IMG/VR virus record: IMGVR_UViG_3300007644_000002
Span: 1 to 64,000 of that record
DNA length: 64,000 nt
Source: a virus
Direction: 5' to 3' (one strand)
Positions 34,425 to 44,207 of this stretch are shown here, in pieces. The notes below the pieces were generated by a model, which saw only the letters and a list, made by a program, of their open reading frames with translations, made no database searches and was not told where the DNA came from. The translations under genes and the position numbers were made by a program. The first letter of the stretch is position 1, and each line of letters begins with the position of its first letter.

Positions 34425-35049
34425 TCATATCCTTCCAATAATCATAATCGTGTCCTAGGACGTAGGACAGTGTCATTCTGTAACAGTTTGTTTTTGCCGC
34501 ATGGTACACTACATCACCTGAACCGTACGCGCCAAAGTACCCTGCTTTCATGTTCCATCCCTTCTCATCCTGAATGGTAATCACTTCACCTGTTGTAGGT
34601 TCTACATACTTGAACCATCCATCACCATCCTGAGACCATGTGAAAATTACGTTGAACATCGCTGCGTTGGCGTTATTGTGCCAGCATATAAATCCTTTAG
34701 GTGGATATAGTTGTGATAGGGCAGAAGAATATAATCCGAGTTCTTCCTTTAATCTCTTATCCAGAGCAATGTACGTTTTACGGTACTCTTCTGGATGAGT
34801 TCCTTGATAGTGGTCTGGTTTTATAGGGTGTGAGTAACCATGCTCGGCAGCACCATTGTGGTTCTCCCCCAGCGCTATAATTCGACGCATTTCCTTGTCT
34901 GAAGTATATTGGTCTGCCGCATTTTCTAAGCCAGGGCTCAATACCTCACAACATTCTTCTGGTCTGTACAAATCTCTATAGGTGTAACGAAAATCTTCAA
35001 GAATTGCCAATACATTCGAATTCTTGATTTCGTACTTTTTCAAACTCAT
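34402..35049 (-). CDS. 2OG-Fe(II)/DSBH oxygenase-like protein, paralog 2
   Basis: LYPPKGFICWHNN...VYHAA...RMTLSY. Confidence 0.6.
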   Translation of the reverse strand: MSLKKYEIKNSNVLAILEDFRYTYRDLYRPEECCEVLSPGLENAADQYTSDKEMRRIIALGENHNGAAEHGYSHPIKPDHYQGTHPEEYRKTYIALDKRLKEELGLYSSALSQLYPPKGFICWHNNANAAMFNVIFTWSQDGDGWFKYVEPTTGEVITIQDEKGWNMKAGYFGAYGSGDVVYHAAKTNCYRMTLSYVLGHDYDYWKDMIDYITEV

Positions 35050-35510
35050 AATATAGTAAATTCCGTAAATCTAAACACAGCATCAAAAGTTAATACTGGA
35101 ACATCACCTGAAGTAGAATTGAATTCGATTGCGCCAATACTTGTAGGTACACAATCCTTATACTTAATGCGAACGTTTCCGTTATTGTGGCTTGTTAGGA
35201 TAATTAATGTTATATCATTATATAGTGCCGATGTTTCGTTCTCAGTTACAGTTCTTTCCATCCACGATTGCATTTCTTTATATGCGGACATATCTTCGTC
35301 CAGAATAAGATTAACCGACAATTCTGAATAAGTAAGTTTTGATCCCGACATGGGCATTCCCATCAACCTAGGGATAGGAACTTCTATTGTATTTACAATA
35401 GAGCCTGGGTGCTGTACTGACAGCGCGAAGTATTCTAGACTAGAGTATTTCTCTTTGTCTATAATGATTTTAAACCCAGTGGGTTGTAGAAAATTTTTAT
35501 TAATGCTCAT
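35046..35510 (-). CDS. 3: tail tube terminator/completion protein gp3-like (start likely 35510)
   Basis: NFLQPTGF, LDEDMSAYKEMQSWM, DITLIILTS; GAGGA SD; late promoter upstream. Confidence 0.75.
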   Translation of the reverse strand: MSINKNFLQPTGFKIIIDKEKYSSLEYFALSVQHPGSIVNTIEVPIPRLMGMPMSGSKLTYSELSVNLILDEDMSAYKEMQSWMERTVTENETSALYNDITLIILTSHNNGNVRIKYKDCVPTSIGAIEFNSTSGDVPVLTFDAVFRFTEFTIL

Positions 35511-35535
35511 GACATATCCTCGGACGACTCGCATG

Positions 35536-35543
35536 TATTTATA
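35536..35543 (-). promoter_or_regulatory. T4-type late promoter
   Basis: TATAAATA. Confidence 0.75.
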
Positions 35544-35578
35544 CGAGAATTAAGTACCATCCTTGGTCGGTATACTCC

Positions 35579-35788
35579 TTACTTTGTTTCTTCGGGTGCT
35601 GTCGCAGCTGTCCCCGTCTTATCAGCAACATCTTTAATCACGTTAGACGTTACATCCAAAACACCGGCAGTGATACCAAAGACATCGGAACTGACACCTT
35701 TAATAATACCACCCGTACCATCAATAGTTGACTCGACGGTTGAACAAGCAGACAGAGCCAATGCGAACGCAATTGCGATTATACGCAT
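35579..35788 (-). CDS. small lipoprotein (entericidin-like)
   Basis: Lipobox LSAC after a short signal peptide; amphipathic mature part. Confidence 0.7.
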   Translation of the reverse strand: MRIIAIAFALALSACSTVESTIDGTGGIIKGVSSDVFGITAGVLDVTSNVIKDVADKTGTAATAPEETK

Positions 35789-35880
35789 AGTAATCTCCTA
35801 TCCTGTAATTCCGAGGGTGGTCTCCTACCCACTCATGTGCAGTACGTACCACTTGATACGTAGAACATCTTCCTTACATA

Positions 35881-35888
35881 TATTTATA
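35881..35888 (-). promoter_or_regulatory. T4-type late promoter
   Basis: TATAAATA just after the gp23 terminator. Confidence 0.75.
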
Positions 35889-35893
35889 CGCAT

Positions 35894-35923
35894 AAAAAAA
35901 CCCCCATCCGAAGATGAGGGTTT
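35894..35923 (-). terminator. intrinsic terminator after gp23
   Basis: CCCTCATC-TTCG-GATGGGGG stem followed by T7. Confidence 0.9.
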
Positions 35924-35967
35924 AAAAGTGGTAGGTTAACCCTACTCTATTTTTTATTCATTATTGC

Positions 35968-37248
35968 TTATGCAGCAGGGGTGTTACCCATGATGTTAGC
36001 AACGTTGAATCGACGGTAGTACTGGTTAGTACCAGCAAGCGCTAGACCATCGGCAGGTGCAGCACCTACGAATGGGTTAGACGCCATACCATAACGAGTC
36101 TTGAACCCGATACGTGGCTGGAAGTCATTCTCGCCGACAGCTTTAACCATCTGGAGAGGTACGTATGGGCAGTAGAAAATACCTGCGTCATATGCGTTAG
36201 TACCTTTATAACCTACAGTGATGTAGTCTGAAGAGGCATATGGGTCGATATAGACCTTAGTGCGACCGTTAAGGACACCAGCAAAAGTGTTACCAGTATC
36301 GTCAACCTGAAGACCAGTAGACATAGCAGGTGTGTAGTCAAGCATACCAGAGGCAGCAAGAGCAGTAGCAACATCTGAAGAACAGATTACTACGTTACCT
36401 TTACCACGACGAGTTTCTTTAGCAATTGCGTTCGCTTCGCGATCCAACTGAACTACTAGACCCTTGAACTTCTCTGCAGACCAACGGCCGTCAGCATCAG
36501 TTTCTAGATCGAATGTGCCTGGAACGATAACGTTTGAAGTAGTCGCGCCTTGCTTCGCTTGGCTGTTAATTGTGTGAATAACTTCACGGTTGATTTCAGC
36601 AAGAATCTCAGTAGAAAGAATGTTAGCAAGTTCTGTTTCAGCATCCAAACCGTGGATTGCTTTCAAATCTTGTGCTAGTTCTAGAGAGTATTCAGCCTTC
36701 AACGCACGAGACTTAGCAGTTACAGTTGCTTTCTCGATTGTGAAACCCATTTCTGCGAATGAACCTGAAGGTTGACCTTCAACGTCAACGCCGCCACGAC
36801 CAAGAGCTTCACCAGCTGCGGTAGTAGTACCTTTACCGGCAGGGTGAGTGCCCGCGCCAGAGAAACCAGTATCAGCTTCGCCGAATAGTGCTTCAGGGTT
36901 AGTAGTAGCTCCGCCGTCGTAACGTGACTTCATCGCGAAGATAAGACCAGTTGGGCCTGACATTGGCTGTACGCCACATACGTCATATGCCATTAGGTTA
37001 GGCATTGCACGACGTACTAGAGAGATCAATACTGGATCCCACTTAGATACAGAACCAGTGTTGGCTCCGCCAGATGCGTCTTCGGTCATGAAACCAGAGT
37101 AAGCAACACGCTCTTCCATCATTGCTTTTTCTTGGTTTTCTAGGATAGCAGCGGTTACTGCTTTACGGTGGTGATCGTGGATCGCGCCCGCAGACTCTTC
37201 GTTAAGAACTGGAGCCCATTTTTCGATAAGAGTATCAAAAGATTGCAT
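35968..37248 (-). CDS. 23: major capsid protein gp23
   Basis: LVRRAMPNL, GVQPMSGPTGLIFA, KSRALKAEYSLELAQDLKAIHGLDAE, FQPRIGFKTRYG. Confidence 0.97.
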   Translation of the reverse strand: MQSFDTLIEKWAPVLNEESAGAIHDHHRKAVTAAILENQEKAMMEERVAYSGFMTEDASGGANTGSVSKWDPVLISLVRRAMPNLMAYDVCGVQPMSGPTGLIFAMKSRYDGGATTNPEALFGEADTGFSGAGTHPAGKGTTTAAGEALGRGGVDVEGQPSGSFAEMGFTIEKATVTAKSRALKAEYSLELAQDLKAIHGLDAETELANILSTEILAEINREVIHTINSQAKQGATTSNVIVPGTFDLETDADGRWSAEKFKGLVVQLDREANAIAKETRRGKGNVVICSSDVATALAASGMLDYTPAMSTGLQVDDTGNTFAGVLNGRTKVYIDPYASSDYITVGYKGTNAYDAGIFYCPYVPLQMVKAVGENDFQPRIGFKTRYGMASNPFVGAAPADGLALAGTNQYYRRFNVANIMGNTPAA

Positions 37249-37259
37249 TTTAGTATTCC

Positions 37260-38309
37260 TTATTTTTTAGAGGTTTTTCGTAGAGCAGAGATGTAGCCTT
37301 CCATCATGGAAGATACTTCAACTTCTTCATCAGCGTCAGCGGATGCTGATTCTGTGATTGGCTCTGGGATTTCTTTAGAAAAGTATGATTGCTTGATAGT
37401 AGCGATTTTCTTAACGAAGCTTGCTTCGTCTTCAAAGTCTACGTTCTCAACGAGTTCTTTTAACTTTTCTGCTTGGGTGTCCGCAAGGTCACGTGAAGCT
37501 TCAGCAATAAGAGTATTACGCTTGTAAGTTTCAAGTTCTTCTGCGAGTTGAATTGCGTCACCAGTTGTTGCGTTTAGTTTTTCTTCTAACTCGTCAACTT
37601 GTAATGCTAATTCGTCAACTAGGTCAACCTTGGATTCTGGAACGTCAACATAAGATTCTACGAATAGATCTCTCATTGATGACATAAAGTTTTCTGCGAT
37701 TTCGGTACGTAGACCACTTTGAATCGCTAACTTGTTGTCTTCCATCCAAGTTTCAACTACATAGTTTAGGTAAGAATCTACTTTTGTTACGAGGTCAGTC
37801 TTAATAGACTCGACTTCTTCAGATAATTCTTCTGTGTATTGTTCTTCAAGACGCGTTACTTCTTCTGACAACTTTGTTTTAACAGCTGCTTCGAAAATAA
37901 GTGCGGTCTTTTCCTTGAACTCTTCAGATAGAGTTGCTTCACCTTCGACAATAGCACGTAATTGTGATTGAGTGTCGTTTTCTTGTGCAACATCTTCATC
38001 CAGATCTACACCGGCTTGTTCACATACTTTGGCATATGCTGCTTGCAAGTCACCTTTCTTCATTTTTGAAGCGGTTTGGTACATTGCGTTCAACATTCCT
38101 GCCTTGGTTTTTGGAAGCGATGTTTTGGATGTAGCGTCCGCAGCCTTATCTACCGATGCGATTGACTCAGGTTCGGATACTGGTGTAGCCTCTGCCTTAC
38201 CCTTCGCTTTAGGTGCTTGTGCTTCGTCCAGAGTTTCCTCCACGATTTCGTTAGTATCAACAATGCTATCGCGGATTTCAACTTCGACTTCTTTTTTAAG
38301 ATTAGTCAT
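37260..38309 (-). CDS. 22: prohead core scaffold gp22
   Basis: LSEEFKEK..IFEAAV, VDSYLNYVVETWM; acidic coiled coil. Confidence 0.9.
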   Translation of the reverse strand: MTNLKKEVEVEIRDSIVDTNEIVEETLDEAQAPKAKGKAEATPVSEPESIASVDKAADATSKTSLPKTKAGMLNAMYQTASKMKKGDLQAAYAKVCEQAGVDLDEDVAQENDTQSQLRAIVEGEATLSEEFKEKTALIFEAAVKTKLSEEVTRLEEQYTEELSEEVESIKTDLVTKVDSYLNYVVETWMEDNKLAIQSGLRTEIAENFMSSMRDLFVESYVDVPESKVDLVDELALQVDELEEKLNATTGDAIQLAEELETYKRNTLIAEASRDLADTQAEKLKELVENVDFEDEASFVKKIATIKQSYFSKEIPEPITESASADADEEVEVSSMMEGYISALRKTSKK

Positions 38310-38318
38310 AGTGACTCC

Positions 38319-38981
38319 TTATAGTTTAGATTTGATTAACGAGAGGAAATTCTTAAACTCACGCATCTGCACTTCAGGTCGATATGCAGCGGGTGTTGCT
38401 TTGATTTCAGTCTCTATCTCTTCAATTGCTTGAGGCTCAAGAATTCCATTATTCCAAACCCAGTCTACACCTTCCATAATACCATTAACAAAAGCATTTG
38501 GTGCACTTGGGTCTTGTACGATATCTACTGTACTAAGAATAAAGTCTTCTCCGACATAATTTATGCCATTTTTGCTCACAAGACTTCCCATACCACGAGT
38601 TGACACTCCTAGTTGAACACCACCAGCAAGAAGACCTTTTACAATCTTACCCATAGGAGTGTCCAATATTTGCGCCCTTCCGATTACATCATTGCCTTCA
38701 AAGTGAAGGTCAGTGATTAAATGCGAAACTTTATCCAAGTTAACAGTTGGGCCTTCCGGATGATTTAACTCACCGACTGCTCTCTTCTTGCTAACTTGTT
38801 CGGTAACGTACTTATTTACAGCACGTTCCATAATTGCTTTGGGGTAAATTCGCCCATTACGGTTTTTTGAATCTGCTTGTGCGAACACACCCTCGATGAC
38901 ATAATTCTTTTCGCCATTCTCCTTGGCTTCCACGATACACTGTAAATCGTGGCTGTCATTAAATTCGGTAATCAGCTTCAT
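38319..38981 (-). CDS. 21: prohead protease gp21
   Basis: NRNGRIYP, GELNHP, GVSTRGMGS, DIVQDPSAP. Confidence 0.95.
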   Translation of the reverse strand: MKLITEFNDSHDLQCIVEAKENGEKNYVIEGVFAQADSKNRNGRIYPKAIMERAVNKYVTEQVSKKRAVGELNHPEGPTVNLDKVSHLITDLHFEGNDVIGRAQILDTPMGKIVKGLLAGGVQLGVSTRGMGSLVSKNGINYVGEDFILSTVDIVQDPSAPNAFVNGIMEGVDWVWNNGILEPQAIEEIETEIKATPAAYRPEVQMREFKNFLSLIKSKL

Positions 38982-39178
38982 TTTAATTTTCCTAAGTCTA
39001 TGAGGACTTGTTTAGCAGTTGACTCTGCTTCCTTCTGCGTCTTGAAAGCATCTACGTAGTCTCCATCAATATTCAACTCAAACCCTTTTTTGGTCTGATT
39101 AATTACTACCGGATAACCACCCATCTTCTTACTGAAGACTTTTTTAGATGATTCTCTAATTTGTTGAAATGATTTCAT
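38978..39178 (-). CDS. small prohead core protein (gp68 position)
   Basis: MKSFQQIRE N-terminus; immediately upstream of gp21. Confidence 0.6.
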   Translation of the reverse strand: MKSFQQIRESSKKVFSKKMGGYPVVINQTKKGFELNIDGDYVDAFKTQKEAESTAKQVLIDLGKLK

Positions 39179-39196
39179 CTTTTACTCTTTTCCTAT

Positions 39197-39204
39197 TATT
39201 TATA
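39197..39204 (-). promoter_or_regulatory. T4-type late promoter
   Basis: TATAAATA. Confidence 0.75.
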
Positions 39205-39216
39205 CAAAAATAAAAC

Positions 39217-39858
39217 TTAAACGTAAATTTTCTTTGTACTTCCCCACATTTGTTCAGCATATATCTTATCATTACCCATATAAGGAGTGGAACGAATAGA
39301 ATAATGCCTCGGGATAGTATAATAGGAAGGCCAGATAGTTAATTTATGTTTCTCTTTATCAGGTACAAACTGTGAGAGAAATTCATTACCGGTAGACTGC
39401 CACGGTTTTAAACTAAGCTCTTCTACTTTCAATTCATGTAAGGTATCTATCAATAACTTAACTAAGGTATTCCCCGCGTTACATGCCTGTATAGGGGATA
39501 TCCAGTTCGGTGCTATATGTTCATCCCTGTCATTTTCATATACGGTGTACGCATAATCTGACGGGCTGGTGAACACTTCATCCATATTCTCATAGCATAT
39601 AGCGTCTGCGGGTGGTAAGAAACCACCGTCCTCATATAATAATTCATAACGAATTAAATCTGCGACACCTGCCCAAACTTCTTTGGAATAGTACTCATCC
39701 ATGAGATGTTGATTATACCACGTGCGTGACTTGTACATCTCATCGGTGAATATACTATAGTCCCAATCGGGGTGTTTCTCTTTCCACGTATTCATCCATT
39801 GGATGGGGGGTTTAAAAGGCCCAATCCAAATGTGAACCATCTTCTTAGTTAGATTCAT
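39217..39858 (-). CDS. GT32/OCH1-like glycosyltransferase
   Basis: VHIWIG, TWKEKHPDWDY, ADLIRYELLYEDGG. Confidence 0.8.
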   Translation of the reverse strand: MNLTKKMVHIWIGPFKPPIQWMNTWKEKHPDWDYSIFTDEMYKSRTWYNQHLMDEYYSKEVWAGVADLIRYELLYEDGGFLPPADAICYENMDEVFTSPSDYAYTVYENDRDEHIAPNWISPIQACNAGNTLVKLLIDTLHELKVEELSLKPWQSTGNEFLSQFVPDKEKHKLTIWPSYYTIPRHYSIRSTPYMGNDKIYAEQMWGSTKKIYV

Positions 39859-39865
39859 GTTAGAA

Positions 39866-40129
39866 TCAGTCTTCGTCAGACTCGGTTTCGTCGTCTAAAT
39901 CATCTTCTAGATCATCGTCTAGGTCATCACCGTCTAATTCTTCTTCATCATTGAATATCCGTCCTGCGACTGCGATTTTCTCTGCGTCTAAAGACGACTG
40001 TACTTTATCCGCGAGCATATCGTTGAATATACTTTCTGCGGAACGGAAGTCTCCACCTTGTAGAGCATTGACAAAGTCCATGCCTGGCTCTTCGATATCT
40101 TCATTTACTACGGTTGTTACTTCAGTCAT
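39866..40129 (-). CDS. acidic prohead core protein (gp67-like); start likely 40129
   Basis: GGAG SD; very acidic tail; directly after the portal gene. Confidence 0.6.
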   Translation of the reverse strand: MTEVTTVVNEDIEEPGMDFVNALQGGDFRSAESIFNDMLADKVQSSLDAEKIAVAGRIFNDEEELDGDDLDDDLEDDLDDETESDED

Positions 40130-40130
40130 A

Positions 40131-41630
40131 TTATATCTCCAAATCATCCGCGTCGTCAGAGTTGGCATTTTCTGCTTCAACTTCTTTACGCATATTTTCT
40201 ATATCGTCATCATTCATCATCATGACATTCTTCATTACCCACTCACGTGAGAAATATTCACCTACATATTGTGAAACCTGATCCATAGTCTGTAGACGTT
40301 CACGCAACAACTCAGCATCCTTCATCTCAGTGAAGTGATTATCCCTGTTATAGTCTACTTGAATCTCACGTTTCCATAGTTCCCAATCCTGTTCTGTACA
40401 GATACCTTTAAGAAGAAGTTGTTTCTTCAGAATATCAATGAACAGATGAGAGAACTTTTTACGCAGACGGTCAATGAACTTCTGAAATTTAACTTCATCT
40501 CGACCAATCTCTGTAGAACGACCTAAACTAAATTGCGCCTCTTGTTCGAGTCTATTTAGAGGAACATTAAGTGACCTATATAACTTCTTCTGGAAGTATA
40601 TAATGTCGTCAATCTGTCCTAGGTTTTCACCGCCAGGTAGTGTACTAATCTCAGTACCACGACCACCTTCGCGACGAGGTAACCAGAAATCTTCGAGCAT
40701 AGACATATGTTTACGGTCATCTTTAATTTCACCGCTACTCGCGTCATAGACTACTTTGTTTCTATAACGTGACATAATATCTTTGATATGTTGTTCAGCT
40801 TTACCCTTCGGTAAGTTGCCCACGTCAATATAGAAGATACGACGTTCAGGCGCACGTGCCATACGATAGATGACTAGAGAGTCTTCCATCATACGTAACT
40901 GATTAACTGGTTTGACTGCTTTATGTAAATATGATAACACACGCTTCTTCGAGGAGTCTAATAGACCCGACGTGACATAATTTACTGAGTCTGGAGTAAG
41001 TTTTACTCCGTTAGTACCACCGGCACGTTCTTGATAGATGTAGAAGTCCAGAGTTTTATCTACGATCTTAGCACCAGTCTTCTCATCTTTCTTGTACTTT
41101 ACTTCTTTTACCTTCCTCATCTTAGTAGCATCGATAGGTCGAATTTCTACAATACCCGCTTTTAAATTGGACTCGTTTACCACTAAATGGTGGTACAAAC
41201 GTCCATCTACATACCACGAACGGAAGATGTCGTGTCCATGTTCTTCAAAATTCAACATAGAACAAATGTTGTTGAACTCTTCGGTAATGGTTTTTTTAAT
41301 GCTGTCTGTTGTTTTGACTTTGTCTAAATTAATACTTACAGCTGATTCTAACTCGCCGCCAACAATACCCTCATTAATAATATCTTCAATAGCAGCATCA
41401 CATTCTGGATGTTCCGCAATAGTACGATATTTTTTAATAAGTTCTTGGTTGTCTTTGGCTCCAGTTCCTTCTAGGTCTACATATTGACCAAAATAAGAAC
41501 CAGACGCTGACACATAGCCCGCGCCATCTTCATCGACTGCGGGAACTATTGATTGCGCCTTTTTGGCTTCAGGTTTCTCAACTTTCTTTAATTCAAAACC
41601 AAACGCTTTAAAAAAACTATTATCTGCCAT
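40131..41630 (-). CDS. 20: portal protein gp20
   Basis: WYVDGR, IYRMARAPERRIFYIDVGNLPK, EDFWLPRREGGRGTEI. Confidence 0.97.
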   Translation of the reverse strand: MADNSFFKAFGFELKKVEKPEAKKAQSIVPAVDEDGAGYVSASGSYFGQYVDLEGTGAKDNQELIKKYRTIAEHPECDAAIEDIINEGIVGGELESAVSINLDKVKTTDSIKKTITEEFNNICSMLNFEEHGHDIFRSWYVDGRLYHHLVVNESNLKAGIVEIRPIDATKMRKVKEVKYKKDEKTGAKIVDKTLDFYIYQERAGGTNGVKLTPDSVNYVTSGLLDSSKKRVLSYLHKAVKPVNQLRMMEDSLVIYRMARAPERRIFYIDVGNLPKGKAEQHIKDIMSRYRNKVVYDASSGEIKDDRKHMSMLEDFWLPRREGGRGTEISTLPGGENLGQIDDIIYFQKKLYRSLNVPLNRLEQEAQFSLGRSTEIGRDEVKFQKFIDRLRKKFSHLFIDILKKQLLLKGICTEQDWELWKREIQVDYNRDNHFTEMKDAELLRERLQTMDQVSQYVGEYFSREWVMKNVMMMNDDDIENMRKEVEAENANSDDADDLEI

Positions 41631-41644
41631 ATATCCTCACGATA

Positions 41645-41670
41645 AGAAAAGTGGGGAGTATTCTCCCCAC
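41645..41670 (-). terminator. hairpin/terminator between gp19 and gp20
   Basis: GTGGGGAG-AATA-CTCCCCAC followed by TTTTCTT. Confidence 0.75.
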
Positions 41671-41692
41671 GATACACTTACTTATACCATTA

Positions 41693-42214
41693 TTAACTAG
41701 TCGTATTAGATTCCCAATACTGGACTTGAAACTCAACTGTAAACTCTTCGATTGCTTCGTTATCATAACTAACTTCAATTGATGAAACGTTAGTCGGAAA
41801 ACATCCACGAAGGTTATAAGTTTTTACAGTAGAACCATCTTTATCTAACTGCTCAACAATGAGGTCAGATTGATATAAGACTGGGTTGGTGATACCAGTA
41901 TTTGAACTATGTGCGTTCATACCGTTCATCCAACGTTCCATAGAATTTCGAACCTCGAAACCAGTGTCGTTTAAGACAGTGATTGTCCAAGTTTCGAATG
42001 TCCGATCCCCTGCTATCTTAAGCATACGACCACGAAAAGGAACTTCTACAAATCCCATTGTCGATGCTGGCAACTGAGCACCCTTACACATAAACGATGT
42101 AAGTTCTGCGTCTCCGCCAGCATAGGCAGGAAAGTTTAATGTAGCTTTGAAAAGGTTGGTACGAGCACCACCACCTTTCAGTTTTGCTTTAAAATCATCG
42201 ACTCTTAGTGACAT
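41693..42214 (-). CDS. 19: tail tube protein gp19
   Basis: GGARTNLF, FRGRMLKIAGDRTFETW, IEEFTVEFQ. Confidence 0.95.
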   Translation of the reverse strand: MSLRVDDFKAKLKGGGARTNLFKATLNFPAYAGGDAELTSFMCKGAQLPASTMGFVEVPFRGRMLKIAGDRTFETWTITVLNDTGFEVRNSMERWMNGMNAHSSNTGITNPVLYQSDLIVEQLDKDGSTVKTYNLRGCFPTNVSSIEVSYDNEAIEEFTVEFQVQYWESNTTS

Positions 42215-42225
42215 TATATATCTCC

Positions 42226-44121
42226 TTAAACTGTGCCAACGACTTCTTCAAACTCGACACCTGATCTAACTGCTACGAAGTTTAATGTTACGTAGTTGAT
42301 AGAACGTGCTGGTTTGATGAAGACTGTTGCTACGAATTCGTTACGATCAACGACTGCTGATGTATTGTTTGTTTCATCACAAACAACACGGAAGTCAGTG
42401 ATACCGCGACGACCCTGAATCTCACGTAGGAACGGTTCTACGATGTTAACAAATTCTGCGCGAGTAAACTCATCGTTGAATTCGAACATTGCGTTTTTAC
42501 CCGCCTCTGCGATTGAACGTTCAATCACCAAGAACAAACGACGTACGTTGATACGGTCGAATGCTGATGGACGTGATAGGTGAGTCTTATCACCGAATAG
42601 TACAGTACCTTGGCCAGGCAAGCTGACGATTGGATTTACTTTTGCGCTATATAATGTATCACGTTGTGCCTTGGTTGGATTGAAGACAAGAGATGTTACA
42701 CCAAAGTATTGACCACGACGTGAACCAGCTGGTGAGAACCAAGGTGCTGAATCTCTATCTGCTGCTGCCATGATACCTGCGGTAGATGATGCCGCCGCGA
42801 TAGTCTCGTACTTGTCCTGATACTTGTTGTATACCTTTAACCAGTTACCGTCACAAATGAGGTAATCGCTGTCGGGTAATCCATTAGACCAAGCTATAAT
42901 GTCGTCCATGCTTGATGCTTTGACTGCGTCCCCATAAGGAGATGCTACCGCAACACAATCTCTACGTGTTTTGGCCAAAGCTGCTACCTCAACATCAATC
43001 CCGTCATTTGCTCCGCGAGAAGGTGCTACTAAGAAATCTACTGTAATTGAATCTACGTCTGCGTACTGGTCGAATGCGCGAATATAGTCCGCCTTACCAT
43101 GTACACCGTTAGCTCCACCTGACAAGGTGAATGTCACAACACTAGTTGTTAAAGTACCAATGCTAGACGCCCAAACCCAATCGGATTTGTTATTGATAAC
43201 ATCCAATACATTGTTCGCTGAACCGTCTGGTAGTTTTGCGCCTTCAACAGTTGATAAGTACTCGTGAGTCTCAACAACTTCACCGTCGACTAAGATCACG
43301 ACGTGAACTTCATTACCTACTGGCGCAGAAGAAAACTTGCTTGCGTAAGTCCATTGGGCAAATGCTGCAGGAGGGCAAACTTGAACACTAATGAGGTTAC
43401 CACGGTCGCCAGGATAGCGTGCTATAATCTTGTAAAAATCCAAATCTTGCTGTTCGTAATCTTCAGCATTAAGTACTTGGATACCAGTAGGTAGTGGTTG
43501 GTCATATAACCATGTTGCTACGATTTCTGGATGTGGAGTTACCACTCCATCACCGTCAGCTTCAGGGGTATATACTAACCGACTGTTACCAGTTAGCGGA
43601 GGAGTTGTTAATGTCAACTCACCATCAGCCGAAGTGCCGACAGCATGAACTACGGCTCCGGTGGCGTCAAGAACATTAGTTTTCCATGTGCTATCAATTA
43701 CAGGGTTTAACGCATTATCTCCGACGCGGAAGGGTAATTCATAGAAATACACTTCGCCTTCGGTGACATACCGCAAAGTTAGATCGCTACCACCGGCAAC
43801 AACTTCTGTCCCGCCTGCCGAACCTTCAGCAACAGCGTTAGTGTCTCCATCGCTTACAATACGCGTAACGTATGCAGTTGATGAATATTTGAGGAATTGC
43901 GCAACAGACAAAAAGTCTGAGGCGGCCGCGCCTCCTTGTACAGGTGACCCAAATTTAAGTGCCAACTCTGCTTCGTTAGAAACGATAGTTGGTTTAAGTG
44001 CGGGGCCCCAGTTAAATTCTCCAGCGAATGCGCCAGTAGTACTAGACGTAGCAGGAACAACGCCTGTTAGATCGACTTCGCGTACTGTAACATTTGGAGA
44101 CTCTGACGATTTAAGAGCCAT
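42226..44121 (-). CDS. 18: tail sheath protein gp18
   Basis: SPNVTVREVDLT, PWFSPAG, FDRINVRRLF, IKPARSINY. Confidence 0.96.
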   Translation of the reverse strand: MALKSSESPNVTVREVDLTGVVPATSSTTGAFAGEFNWGPALKPTIVSNEAELALKFGSPVQGGAAASDFLSVAQFLKYSSTAYVTRIVSDGDTNAVAEGSAGGTEVVAGGSDLTLRYVTEGEVYFYELPFRVGDNALNPVIDSTWKTNVLDATGAVVHAVGTSADGELTLTTPPLTGNSRLVYTPEADGDGVVTPHPEIVATWLYDQPLPTGIQVLNAEDYEQQDLDFYKIIARYPGDRGNLISVQVCPPAAFAQWTYASKFSSAPVGNEVHVVILVDGEVVETHEYLSTVEGAKLPDGSANNVLDVINNKSDWVWASSIGTLTTSVVTFTLSGGANGVHGKADYIRAFDQYADVDSITVDFLVAPSRGANDGIDVEVAALAKTRRDCVAVASPYGDAVKASSMDDIIAWSNGLPDSDYLICDGNWLKVYNKYQDKYETIAAASSTAGIMAAADRDSAPWFSPAGSRRGQYFGVTSLVFNPTKAQRDTLYSAKVNPIVSLPGQGTVLFGDKTHLSRPSAFDRINVRRLFLVIERSIAEAGKNAMFEFNDEFTRAEFVNIVEPFLREIQGRRGITDFRVVCDETNNTSAVVDRNEFVATVFIKPARSINYVTLNFVAVRSGVEFEEVVGTV

Positions 44122-44187
44122 AATAGTTTCCTTTTCGATTAAGGTATAATAAGTTTATCATAATACGGATTTTTTTCTCAATACTTC

Positions 44188-44195
44188 TATTTATA
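44188..44195 (-). promoter_or_regulatory. T4-type late promoter for gp18
   Basis: TATAAATA. Confidence 0.8.
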
Positions 44196-44207
44196 TTATT
44201 TTTAAAT

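Noticed and set aside
41679-41686. TATAAGTA late-promoter variant before the portal gene
   Set aside because: One mismatch, and it lies upstream of a terminator-like hairpin; cannot be supported without TSS data
41620-41808. 62 aa ORF overlapping the gp19 end
   Set aside because: Alternate frame across gp19 and a terminator hairpin; no SD
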